This document shows, piece after piece, positions 42,865-54,778 of a stretch of DNA of 54,778 bases (positions are counted from its first letter, which is position 1; each line of letters opens with the position of its first letter). Origin of the DNA: Prorocentrum cordatum (Eukaryota); contig CAUYUJ010000211.1 of the NCBI GenBank assembly GCA_963575745.1, positions 62,001 to 116,778 on the forward strand. Reading direction: 5' to 3'. The notes beneath the pieces were generated by a model, which had not been told where the DNA came from, did no database searches, and was given only the letters and a program-made list of their open reading frames with translations. The position numbers and the translations under genes are program-made.

Positions 42865-45800
42865 CCAGGCTCGCCATCGCGCGGGCGCATGCCGCCGCCC
42901 GCGCGGGCCCTGGCTGGCTTGCGCAGACATTATTTCTGCCTTTGGCTCGGATGTCTTTTTGGGCTAGGGCGCGCCCTACGAGCAGGTGACTCTAGCCCGC
43001 GCGGCGCGCAATTCGAGGAACGCTGTGCATCTGCAGACATGTTTGATGAACGTTTTCGGGGCCGCGACCTGCGGGGCAGGTCGCAGAGAGCAACTGCGGC
43101 TGTGCATCCGCGAACAGAGTGCAGCCACGTGCGCGCAGAGACCGAAAATGCCCGCGCCGGGGTGGTCGCAGTCGCTTGCGCCGTCGCCAAAACAGGGCGG
43201 CGATGACGACGACTATGGCGGTAATCGAAAGTAGAAGGCAGGAGGGGGGTGCAGGAGCAGGAGGGGGAGGAGGAGGGTAAGGAGAAGAAGAAAAAAAGGA
43301 GAAGCCAAACTCTGGGACGAGCCTTACGATTCAAGCAAAAACCATAGGAAATCCCGTGCGTCACCCTTGAATTGCTCCAAACACTGCGTTTTCACGCATT
43401 TACTTGCGACGAGATCATGCGCCCCCGTGCGCGCGAAAGTATCGAGAACTGGTCGGTCAAGGAAAATAGGAACCAAATTATGGGTTTACGAAGAAAGAGG
43501 GGGTTACGCACGGGAAAACACAGTGCGTTTTGCGTGCACAACCCTTCGGGAGTACATCCCGGTAAACTAACACAGGCTCTCGCGGCGATAGAACTTCGCC
43601 CGCGTTCGAAGGAGTGGGGCGTTCGCTCGAGGCAGACAAGGGGAAACATTGGAGGGGTGGGGTGGAGGGGGAGAGGCGGAGAGGGAGATAATATGGATAT
43701 GGGAACAAGGGAGCAGGAAACTGTCAAAGAGGAACGGGAAGAGGAGTGAACAGGACGGCTGGGCTTGCGAGGCATCTCGGCGTGGCTCTTTTTCTTGTCC
43801 CTCATACTTCTAATTTCCTTCTTGCTGGTGCCAATCCTGCGGTTTATTGTTTATTGGGAGCCTGTTGGCACCATGTTGGGTTCCTCCTCGCGGGCCTCTG
43901 GGAGCGTATTGGGGGGGCCCTGGAAGCGTAGGTGGCGGTTTCGGGAACCATCGAAGACGCCTACGGCGAACCACCGCCGCCCCTTGTCTTTTGGAAGCGC
44001 CTATGTGGCTAAACGTGGGGCCAAAACTGGGCCAAGTTGTTGGACCATGCCTTCCGCCAGCCGTTGTGGAAACCTGTCGGGGAACACTTGGGGAAGGAAG
44101 AGGGAGACCAGGAGAGGGAAAGAGGAACATGGAAGAGAGAGGAGGAGGGCTCTTGGGGACCTTTTGGGGCCTCTTGGGGAGTCATGGGAGCTTCCTGGCG
44201 GCCTCTTCGAGGCCTCTTGGGAGCCTCCGTAGGCTTCTCGGGGGCCTTTGGGAACTTCTTGGGAGCTTCATTGGCCGTCTTGGGGCGTCCCTGGCCCGTC
44301 TGACGCCGTCGGAAGTTGCCTTGGAGGCCTCTCTGAACCGACTTGGGGCCCTCTTGGGGCGTTTCAGGGCCGTCTTGGAGTCCATATTGGGCGTCTTGGC
44401 GACCTCTTGGGCCGTCTTGGGGCCGATCAGCCGGTCAGCCGATCAGCGGTCGGCTGATCGGCTGGATTCGGATACCACCCTGGGGCGCCGTCGCCAGAAT
44501 ATTAATACTAGTAATTCTAACAGTATTGATAATAGTAATCGTAATGATACTTGTATCGCTCACATTAATAATCATGATCGTATTAATTAGAAGAAAGACA
44601 GATCATAAGGAGAGGGAGGGAGGGAGGTAGGGAGGGAGAGAGGGAGTGAGGGAGGGAGGGAGGAAAGGAGGAAGGAGGGAGGAGGAGGAGGAGGAGGAGG
44701 GGAGGGGGGAGGAGAGGTTGTGGAGGGATGGATGAATGGGAGAAGGAGGAGGGGGAGCAGGAGAAATACATACTTTGCGTGAAAGGATTCGAGAAGCCTG
44801 CACCAGCTTGACTTTTTTGTTAATGCTTTCGGGCCTCCGGGCCGGGGGACCTGGTGGGGCCTCGGGGGGACCCTCCTCCTCCTCCTCCTCCTCCTCCTCC
44901 TCCTCCTCCTCCTCCTCTTCCTACTTCTCCTGCTCCTCCGTGCACTGGTATATACCGTCTGCTCCCACGGCTCTGTCTGGTGAGCACTACTAGCCATGGC
45001 CTTCTGGAGCTTGGGCCCGAGGAGCTTCGGTCCGCCTACCTTGGGCTTTGTCTCGGCTTTCGCTCTTGGGAGCTCTCTCTCCTGGGCCTCGGGCGAGGGG
45101 CCTGGCTGTCGTTACTGTTCGCATATCTACTCAGGAAAATGTAGGTGGCTCTGGTCCTAATGGCCCGATTCAGGGCCAAGCCTACTTGCGCAGCTGTACT
45201 CCCACCTGTCGCAAGTTGGATCTCCGTGGCAACCTGATTAGTCAGTTTACCCGCGATGATGTTCCCGACGTAGGCACACACAAGGGTACCTTTCAGGGCT
45301 GCTCTCTCGGGGCCCATGTGCGACTCGATCTTAGTCATGGTGACCGTGCGGGACTCTCGAGCCTCTGGGACTATTTTGCAAACAGTCTGTACCTGTCGGG
45401 GAAGATGCAAATCTTGAGTTTCTCGCTATCGGTGACGTAGACGAGCTGGAGACCTGGCGGGGAGTCCTCGAGGAACCTCAAGTCGGGTTTGAGCTCGCCG
45501 TGATTGGCTGTCTGTTCATTCTTAACTGCACCTTCTGCCTGTCTGGCCACTTCTAGTGGCGGGACTTCGAGGCTGAGGTCGAAGGGCTGGAAAACGATGC
45601 AAGCCAAATAACTCTTCGAACAATACCTGACGCCGAATATGGTCCTTCCGAGGCTTCTCCCGTACTAGAGATGATGCCAGCACTAGGGAACTTTCTATGC
45701 ACATGCTGGAAGCTGGAGTGCTCGCTCGGCGGTGCGGTGACTTCGTTCCAGGAGGCCTGTGTTACGCCTGGAAGCCAGAGATCGGGTTGGGCCTCGCACT

Positions 45801-46889
45801 GTGTGTACGCGAGGGGCGTCAATATTAGATGTCTTGACAGCCGTCAGCTCCTGATTGTGTGTGCAAGCTCTCGCTCGGTTAAGCCCTGATTGCACCTCAT
45901 CTCCATATCGATAACATAGTTCTGAGTAATCGCCAGGGCGCTTGTAGTCATCCTGATCCTTGACTGGGCCACTGTCCTCGCGTCGCGACTGTGAGCAAAG
46001 AACCTGCCCAAGCATACTGCTCAGCTGCTCGGGCGGCTTTAAGCTGGCGGCGTACATCTTCTGGGTACAAACCTCCTGCTAAAATCCTTGCTCTTGTAGT
46101 GCACGAGGAGGAGGAGGAGGAGAAGGAGAAAGAAGAAGAGGAGGACCTCGCGCCAGGCGCTTTGCGTGGGCGATCTCGTGTCGCTTGTGGTTGGCAGTCA
46201 GCGTTGGGTCCCTGCATATAATGGGGTCGTGTCATGCCGCCGCCATCTGTCGAGCAGCACGTGCTCCGCAGGGGTCTCCGCTCGCGTGGTGCAGCTGTCC
46301 TCGCCTCGGCCTTCTGCAGCACCGCGCCCGCACGACACGGACCCCCCTCCGCGGAAGCAGCGCGAGCACCGCCGCGCCGCCCACACCATGGGCCGCGCGC
46401 GGTGCCCTCGCCTGCAGCGGCCTGCCCCGCGCGGCAGGCCGCTGCAGAGGGCCCGGTCGGGCTCTCTGCGGCGACGCGCGCGCGGCAAGAGCGCGTGAGC
46501 GCTGGGAACGACAGGTCCAGCGAGGGTAGCCATGGAGGCCTCCTCCTCCTCCTCCTCCTCCTCCTCCTCCTCATCCTCCTCCCCCTCCCCCTCCCCCCCC
46601 TCCCCCTCCCTCCTTCTCTCCTCTCCTCCTCCTCCTCCTCTCCTCCTCCTCCTCCTCCTCCTCCTCCTCCTCCTCCTCCTCCTCCTCCTCCTCCTCCTCC
46701 TCCCTCCCCTCCTCCTCCTCCCCCCCCTCCTCCTCCACGACTACTCAATATGAATACTACTCTCCCTCGTCCCCTGATGACGGTTTGAAAGTGTCCGATC
46801 CCCCCCCCCGCGGATCGTTTTTTACACAGGTTTCCCCAGAGTTGGGTTTTCGCCTGCATTTTTTTCAAACTGCTGCTCTCGCTGAGGCG

Positions 46890-47062
46890 CCGGCCTCATT
46901 TTCGGGCCCCGCTCGTTCCGAATCGTGCTCCCGCTGCAGCGCTGGCCTCATTTCCGTGCTTCCGCTCGTTCCGAATCGTGCTCCCGCTGCAGCGCTGGCC
47001 TTATTTCCGCGCTTCCGCTCGTTTCGACTCGTGCTCCCGCTGCAGCGCTGGCGTCATTTCCC
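46890..47062 (+). repeat. 53-bp tandem repeat x3
   Basis: CCGCTCGTT..CGTGCTCCCGCTGCAGCGCTGGC at 46909, 46962 and 47015. Confidence 0.9.
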
Positions 47063-48372
47063 ATGCCATGCCACGGCGTGCAATGCAATGCTAGGTTGAT
47101 GCTACGCTTTGCGGTGCTCTTCTACGCCATGCCATGCCGTGCTCTGCAATGCACCGAGTACCCTTTCGGGATCATCGCCCTGCTCGACATCCGACTGTGC
47201 GAGTAGAGAGGGGATCTGCGCCATGGTCAGGGATGGGAGGGAGGGGTAGGATGTCAGATATGACGCGAGCGCACCTAGCTTGTCCCCCTCCCCCTCCTCC
47301 GCCTCCGCGTCCGCCTCCTCCTCCTCCTCCTCATCCTCCTCCTCCTCCTCCTCCGCCTGCTCCGCCTCCTCCTCCTTCTCCTCCTCCTCCCCCTCCGCCT
47401 CCTCCTCCTTCTCCTCCTCGGCGCGCGCCCGTGGCATGGGGCCAGGATCGCGATGGGGGGGGGGGGCGGCGGCGGGAACGAGAAAGGGAGGGAGCCCCGC
47501 AGCGCGAGGGCCACCGCTGCGGGCCTGCCCCCGCCCAGGGCCGCCGCGCGAAGGCCACCGCTGCCATGCGCCTCGGCCAACTGTCGCCGCTCCCCCTGTC
47601 TTCCCCCCCCCTCTCTATCTCTCTATCTCTCTCTCTCTCTCTCTCCTCTCTATCTCTCTCTTTCTGTGCTCCTCTCTCCTCCTCCTCCCTCCTCCTCTCC
47701 TCCTCCTCCTCCTCCTCCTCCTCCTCCTCCTCCTCCTCCTCCTCCGCCCGCGCCGCCCCCCTCGAGAAGGGGGGTGCTGCGGCCGCGGGTCCTCTCCCTC
47801 TATCTCTCTTTCCCTCTCTGTCTCTTTCTGTTTCCCTTTTGATGTCATCACATGTGTCGCCTCCTCCCTTCCCCTCTGCCATGCTACTTCCCTACTTCCT
47901 ACACTCGGTTCCCCCCCCCCCCTGAGGCGCTACGCCGTCTGGTGGGGGGGGGCGCGTTCGTGGAACCCTGAGGCCATCAGAGCGCAGAGCACACAGGAGG
48001 ATGAGGATGTGGAGGACGGGGAAGGAGGATCAAGGAGGAACAGGGGGCCGATGATGATACTGATGATGATGCTGATGATGATGCTGATGATGGAGAAGAT
48101 GTCAATGATGATGCTGATGTTGATGAGGATGATGATGAGGATGCTGATAAAGATGATGCTGCAGAGGATGCTGCTGATGATAATGCTGCTGCTGATGATA
48201 ATGATGACGCTGCTGGTGATTATGGGGAGGATGAGGAACATGATGATGCTGCTGCTGCTGATGATGCTGGTGACGATGATGATGATGCTGCTGATGCTGA
48301 TATTGACGATGCTGATGATGTTGATGCTGATGCTGGTGATGGTGCTGCTGCTGATGATGACGATGCAGCAGC

Positions 48373-48449
<77 letters not shown>

Positions 48450-48628
48450 CTGATGCTTGGTGGTGGTGGTGATGATGGTGCTGATGATGAGGAGATGGAG
48501 GAGGATGAGAAGGAGGAGGATTCGGAGGAGGAGGAGGAGGAGGAGGAGGAGGAGAGGCATGAACACGACAACCACTGAACTGGGCAGGAAGAACAGGAAG
48601 AACACATGAGGAGGCCCAGCAGAAGCAG

Positions 48629-48691
48629 GATGCCTCGCGGTCCCTTGTGGGGCGGTCGGACTTTGCCTTCACCGAGTCGTGGCGCATCGAG
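48629..48691 (+). CDS. Candidate micro-exon DASRSLVGRSDFAFTESWRIE (gene assignment unknown)
   Basis: Unique island between (GAG)n and (CCT)n tracts. CAG|G acceptor, GAG|GTGCG donor, 63 nt, open in phase 0. Confidence 0.35.
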
Positions 48692-49333
48692 GTGCGAGGG
48701 AGGGAAGTCGACCAGCACCGCCTGGCACCAACCTCCTTCATCCTCCATAACCTCTTCCCTTCCTCCTGCCTCCCCTCCCGCTCCCTCCTCTCCCCTCCGT
48801 GCTCCTCCCTCCTCCCCCCTCCTTCCTTCCAGCTCCTCCTCCCTCCTCCTTCCTCCTTACACCCTCCTCCCTCTTCCATCCTCTCTCCTTCCTCCCACCA
48901 CCTCTTCCTCGTCGTCGTCCTCCACCTCCTCTTCCTCCTCCTCCTCCCTCCTCCCTTGGTTCCCCTTGGTGGAACGTGCGTCAATATCGGAGCTGCAGGC
49001 AAGATTAGCGCGGCCCCTGCGCAACAATGGCGCGCACAAGTAGAGAAGTGCGTACAGCTCTGGGCCGGGACGTAGGCTCCTCCTGCTCCTCCTCCACCAC
49101 CTCCTCCTCCTCCTTTTCCTCCTCCTCCTCCTCCTTCACCACCTCCTCCTCCTTTTCTTCTGGTCCTTCCTCCTTCCTCCTCCTCCTCCTTTTCCTCCTC
49201 CACCTCCTCCTCCTTCCCTTCTGGTCCCTCGGGGGGCCTCGTCGGCAGGGTGCTCCGATCGAATGATTCGGCTGTCCGGCCCTTCCGTTGCTCACCAGTC
49301 TCAGCAGCTTTTGGTTTTCCCTGCGCCGCGGAG

Positions 49334-49375
49334 GCCACCGTCACGGGGAGTCGGCTCCTCCAGGAGGCGCTACAG
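49334..49375 (+). CDS. Candidate micro-exon ATVTGSRLLQEALQ
   Basis: GAG|G acceptor after a pyrimidine-rich stretch, CAG|GT donor, 42 nt in phase 0. Phase-compatible with 48629-48691. Confidence 0.3.
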
Positions 49376-50065
49376 GTCACGCAGAGGAGGCAAGGAGGGG
49401 GGAGGAGGAGGAGGAGGAGGAGGGGGAGGACGAGGAGGAGGAGGAGGAGGAGGAGGAGGAGGAGGAGGAGGAGGAGGGGAGGAGGAGGAGGAGGAGGAGG
49501 AAGGAGGAGGAGGAGGAGGAAGGGGAGGCGGAAGAACAGGAAACGTAGGAAGAGGAGGTGGAAGAGGTCGAGGAGGAGGAGGAGGAGGAGGAGGAGGAGG
49601 AGGGGGAGGAGGGGGAGGAGGAGGAAGAGGAGGATGATGATGTTGATGAGGAGGAGGAGGAGGAGGAAGAGGACGAGGATGAGGGAGGAGGAGAGGATGA
49701 GAGGATGAGAGGATGATGCTGCTGCTGCTGCTGACGACGACGACGTCTACGACGACGAAGACGACGCCGACGCCGACGACGACGACGACCACGACGACCA
49801 TGGCGACCACGATTACGATGGCGATGACGACGATTACAATGACAATAACGATGATGATGCTGCTGATGATGATGCTGATGCTGATGATGCTGATGATGAT
49901 GATGCTGACGACGATGATGATGATGCTGGTGGTGGTGGTGGTGATGGTGATGGTGATTCAGATGATGATGATGATGATGACGATGATGATGATGCTGATG
50001 TTGATGGTGATTATGATGATGGCGACGACGACGATGATGATGATGATGATGACGAAGACGACGAC

Positions 50066-50096
<31 letters not shown>

Positions 50097-50183
50097 TTGT
50101 TGTTGTTGATGATGATGATGATGCTGGTGATGATGATGGTGATGATGATGGTGATGATGCTGATGATGATGATGATGATGATT

Positions 50184-50219
<36 letters not shown>

Positions 50220-50265
50220 CTGATGCTGATGCTGCTGCTGATGCTGATGCTGCTGCTGATGATGC

Positions 50266-50302
<37 letters not shown>

Positions 50303-50319
50303 GGTGGTGGTGTTGGTGG

Positions 50320-50350
<31 letters not shown>

Positions 50351-53300
50351 GGTGGTGGTGTTGGTGGTGATGATGATGATGAGGAGGAGGAGGAGGAGGA
50401 GGACGAGGAGGAGGAAAGGAGGACGAGGATGAGGAGGATGAGGAGGAGGAGGAGGAGGAGGAGGAGGAGGAGCGGAGGAGGAGGAGGAGGAGGAGGAGGA
50501 GGAGGAGGAGGAGGAGGAGGAGGAGGAGGAGAGGGAGGAGGAGGAGGGATCGAAGGATTCGAGGCCGAGGGAGGAGGCATCGAGGGCCAGGGCCAGGGAT
50601 CGGCGAGCAGCAAGAGGCGAGATCCAGGGTGGAGGATCCTGGGGCCCGGGCGCCGAGCTCGGTGATCATCTTCCAGTTTTGCTTGTTTGTTTGTTTGTTT
50701 GTTTGTTTGTTGTTTTTTGTTTAAGAAGAAAGAAAAAGAAAAATCACAATCATGATTATTAGCATTGAAGAAAAACAGCAACATTATTATGTTAAAATCG
50801 TCAAGGCGTCAGAGGTGTGGCTCGAGGAGATCTCTAGATCGTTATCGTTATTTTCAAATAGTCCAGGCGTCAGAGGTGTGGTTGAAGGAGATCTCTAGAG
50901 GCCTCCGAGGCGCCTCGAGGCTCTTCCGGAGGCCGCTCAGACAAGGGCCGAACAGCTCTGGGGCTACTTGCGAGCCCAGCCTGCCCGAGGGGTGTCCTCG
51001 ACGCCGGGGTACGGTGAGGGCATTGGATACAGAGCCATTGGATCAGGAATCCAGCGTCTGGCAGCCTGTGGGACTCCAATCGTGGCTTGGCCATGGATGT
51101 TATCGCCGTATTACCGCCGCCCTCGTCAGAGAAGGAATCCCTCAAGGTCTGAAGCCTCCTGGGCTCATTCCTCCACGAACTCCCCCGCTGCATAGGACAC
51201 CCCCGCTGGAGTTAATTAGGCTGCAGACGTCCCCTCGAGTTCTGAACCCCAACCGGCGTTTCAGAGATCTGGTACACAAGGGGGCACTCCAGATTTCACA
51301 AAAAAAGAGGGGGGGGGCCACTTTTGGGGGGGGTCTGATTTGAGCTGTTTCGGAAGATTCCAGGGGGAGGGGGTCTGGGCAAGAGGCCACCCGCTCCTGG
51401 CTGGTCTGGGGGGGTGGTTGTGAACCCCCACCCCACTTTCTATGACGAGATGTGGAGTCGGGTTCCCATGTGGCTCGCCAGCAGCGCCCCCGATCTTTCC
51501 GAGCCTCGGGCTCCAGCCTCGGCCACGAGGTGCACGCCGACGGCAGCAGCACGCTGAAGGCGTGCGCCTGCTGCGGCCCGGCCAGCGCGGACGCCGCCAG
51601 CGAGACGAAGGCCCTCCGGCGACCACAGCCAACGCACCGACGCCGGCCCTGGCCAGCACCGTCCTGGGCCCAAGATCTGCGTGCACGCCGTCCTGGCCGG
51701 TGTCAAGTCGGGCACGTTCATCTACAGGAGAGATTTCCAAAAACAGTCAAGAAATAGTCTGGGGACGATTATTTGATTTTTTTTTTTGGTTGAGTATTTT
51801 TTGGCTACCTTTTCCAGGTTTCGTCCAAAGTCCGCCTGTAGGAGGACGTGCTCGACCTAAGGCCAGTACCGTCCTGTGTCCAAGAGGGGCGTGCAGTCAT
51901 CGTGCTGCCATCAGGACCGCCAATCTAGGGAGCGAAGGGGCTTTTCTGCAAGGGCGAGCCTCGGCCACGAACGGGTTCCGCGACCCAGGTCTTGGGAACG
52001 GCCCGAAGGCGATTTCCCCTCCTCAGCCTAACGTGGTCCCCGTTTCGGCGTCCTGGCCGCACGCGCTGGTCCTGGGCCCCATTTCTTGTGGGGGTGGAGG
52101 GTCGCGCCAGTTCTTGGTGTCAGGGACGTTTCGCGCTCCCGCCAGAGCGCTTCGCCAGAGCGCTTCGCAGGGGAGGAGGAGGAGGAGGAGGAGGAGGAGG
52201 AGGAGGAGGAGGAGGAGGGAGGAGGAGGAGGAGGCGGGGAGGAGGGAGGAGGAGAGGAAGGAGGAGGCGGAGGAGGAGGAGAGGAGAGGAGGAGGAGGAG
52301 GAGGAGGAGGAGGAGGAGGAGGAGGAGAGTGAGGAGGAGGAGGAGGAGGAGGAGGAGGAGGAGGAGGAGTAGAGGAGGAGGAGGATGAGGAGGAGGCGGA
52401 GGAGGAGGAGGAGGAGGAGGAGGAGGAGGAGGAGGAGGAGGAGGAGGAGGAGGAGGGGAGAGGAGGAGGAGGAGGAGGAGGAGGAGGAAGGAGGAGGGAA
52501 GGAGGAGGAGGCAGAGGAGGAGGAGGAGGAGGAAGGAGGAGGGAGGAGGAGGGGAGGAGAAGGAGGAGGAGGAGGAGGAACAGGCGCGAGGAGGAAGGAG
52601 GAGGAGGAGGAGGAGGAGGAAGGGGAGGAGGAGGAGGAGGAGGAGGAGGAGGAGAGGAGGAGGAGTGAGGGGGTGGGGGGGGGGGGGGGGGGGGACAGGA
52701 GGAGGACAGGAGGAGGACAGGAGGAGGAAGGAGGAGGACAGGAGGAGCGACAGGACGATGAGGAGGAGTGAGGAGGAGGAGGAGGAAGGAGGCGGGAGGG
52801 AGGAGGAAGGAGGAGGAGGAGGAGGCAGGAGGAGAGGAGGAGGAGGAGGAAGGAGGAGGGGGAGGGGGAGGGGAGGGGCGAGGAGAGGAGGAGGAGGAGG
52901 AGGAGGGGAGGAAGGAGCGAGAGGAGGAGGAGGAGGAGGAGGAGGAGGAGGAGGAGGAGGGGAGGAGGAGGAGGAGGAGAGGGGAGGAGGGAGGAGGAGT
53001 GGGAGGAGGAGGAGGAGGAGGAGGAGGAGGAGGAGGAGGAGGAGGAGGAGGAGGAGGAGGAGGAGGAGGAGGGGGAGGAGGAGGTGGAGGGCAGTCGTTC
53101 GTGCAACAGGATGGTGGCGGTGAGTCCGCGGAGGGCCGCTCCGTCGACACCGGGCCCAGGATGGGCCCATGGCAGGCTCGCGCTGCGCCGACGGTCGGCG
53201 GTGAACCCAGTGCGGACGTGAAAGGTTGAACGCCGCCAGTGGCATGCAGCGGGCGGGCATCGAGCGACCCACGCCGTCGAACAATCGCGGTCGTTCGTGG

Positions 53301-53615
53301 TTGATCGACCCACGCGATGCCAGAAACCAACGGCCACGTCGTCGCAGCGCGAGCCCGACACCAGGAATCGGCGCGACTCCGCGCCGGTTTCTGGTGTCGT
53401 CGCTGGGCTCCCCTCCCAGCTTCGGATCTCCGAGAGTTTGTATACGTGTCGATCTTTGCCTCTCCGGATCCGGGGTCCCCTAGCTGCGACCGTTTGGGTT
53501 GCCGCCGCGCAGTCTCCACGACTCCCTATTACGTGTGTCTTTGGCGTTGTGTCGCAAAGAAGGAAGCAGTAAGAAAGAACGAGAGATGAAGAGAGAGCGA
53601 GAGAGTTGGGGAGTT

Positions 53616-53663
<48 letters not shown>

Positions 53664-54099
53664 AGAAGAGAGTCAAGCGCAGAACGAGACAACAGAGGGC
53701 TGAGTTGGTGGCGCTGGCCACCCTCCCCAGACCTCCGACGGACCGTCTTTTGTCCATCCGCGGGCCCAAGGGGTCTCGACCCCCCAGGCAGCCTTTTGAG
53801 TGTCCGGGGCGGAAAACCATCCTGTGGTGTTGGGCCCTCGTTTTGAAGAGACAGCGCCCGGCAGCTCACCTCCTCCCGCTGCCCCCTCCGTCCTCCCTCC
53901 TCCCTCCTCTCATTCCTGCTTCTGCTCGCTCCTCCCATTCCTGCCCTCCCTCCTCCCTCCTCCCATTCCCCATTCCCCGCAGGTCGCCCCGCGCTGCAGA
54001 CCCACGGTCTCGCTGTCGCTGTGCTCTGCTTGGCTCAGTGCCCACTGTTTGATAGCTGTAGCTTTGCGGGCCCCCCAAAAAATCGCCGCATGTCTGCAA

Positions 54100-54778
54100 T
54101 GTCGGCACACCCCTTACGAGGATCGTGGCCCCATCGGGAGCTCCACCGAAGGCCCCAGCGGCAGGGTTTGCATGCGTCCCCGCGCCCAATTCGGCACACC
54201 CCTCCCGAGGATCGTGGCCCCGTAGGGAGCTCCACCGAAGGCCCCAGCGGCAGGGTTTGCATGCGTCCCCCCGCCCATTTCGGCACACCTCTCACGAGGA
54301 TCGCGGCCCCATGGGGATCTCCACCGAAGGCCCCAGCGGCAGGGTTTGCACGCGTCCCCGCGCCCATGTTGGCACACCCCTCACGAGGATCGCGACCCCA
54401 TGGGGAGCTCCACCGAAGGCCCCAGCGGCAGGGTTGCATGCGTTCACCCGCCCATTTCGGCGCACCCCTCCCGAGGATCGTGGCCCCATAGGGAGCTCCA
54501 CCGAAGGCCCCAGCGGCAGGGTTTGCATGCGTCCCCGCGCCCATGTCTGCACACCCCTCCCGAGGATCGTGGCCCCATGGGGAGCTCCACCGAAGGCCCC
54601 AGCGGCAGTGTTTGCATGCGTCCCCGCGCCCATGTCTGCACACCCCTCCCGAGGATCGTGGCCCCATAGGGGGCTCCACCGAAGGCCCCAGCGGCAGGGT
54701 TTGCATGCGTCCCCCCGCCCATTTCGGCACACCCCTCCCGAGGGTCGTGGCCCCATAGGTAGCTCCACCGAAGGCCCC
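54100..54778 (+). repeat. 89-bp satellite, >7 copies, running off the window end
   Basis: GAGGATCG..CCCC..GGAGCTCCACCGAAGGCCCCAGCGGCAG at 54118, 54207, 54296, 54385, 54473, 54562, 54651 and 54740. Confidence 0.97.

Larger units (their letters stand above)
46535..53090. repeat. Field of (CCT)n, (GAG)n and (GAT)n microsatellites with short unique islands
   Basis: Directly visible. The longest (GAG)n-like tract is ~52170-53088. Confidence 0.9.

Noticed and set aside
47150..47206. YPFGIIALLD, resembling the myosin motor GIIALLDE motif
   Set aside because: A 7-aa match next to a GCTAT-like repeat, with no clear splice sites and no other myosin exons seen.

Overview
Eukaryotic, GC-rich and very repeat-rich DNA. 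The GC-AG splice junctions, micro-exons, multi-kb introns and repeat types suggest a dinoflagellate-like genome (inference). Nearly all long ORFs in the track are artefacts of microsatellites and satellites. Reading the short unique islands between repeats gives a + strand host gene split into micro-exons at 1-24, 5314-5365, 23315-23368, 24083-24155 and 37313-~37372. These splice in phase, all via GC-AG introns of 0.7-18 kb, into ...ALYGAAGGLLHVLGPDHIGTLITLSATAAPARAFVIGTYWGCGHCLGMVVIGGAFLLADELSGGFVEAWECYGNYVIGVSMVAVALY..., a NiCoT/UreH-like nickel/cobalt transporter. The introns and downstream region hold four kinds of material. (i) A decayed, near full-length LINE (ORF1 with an inverted block, then APE, RT and RNase H; ~25.6-31.6 kb) whose broken motifs are mostly A>G/T>C changes. 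(ii) A tandemly duplicated, intron-containing hAT-like transposase remnant (~40.8-42.9 kb). (iii) A head-to-tail cluster of modular non-coding elements embedded in (GTT)n. (iv) Tandem arrays with 12, 16, 21, 53, 89, 152, ~157 and 348 bp units, plus strand-biased microsatellites. No rRNA, tRNA or CRISPR array was recognised.
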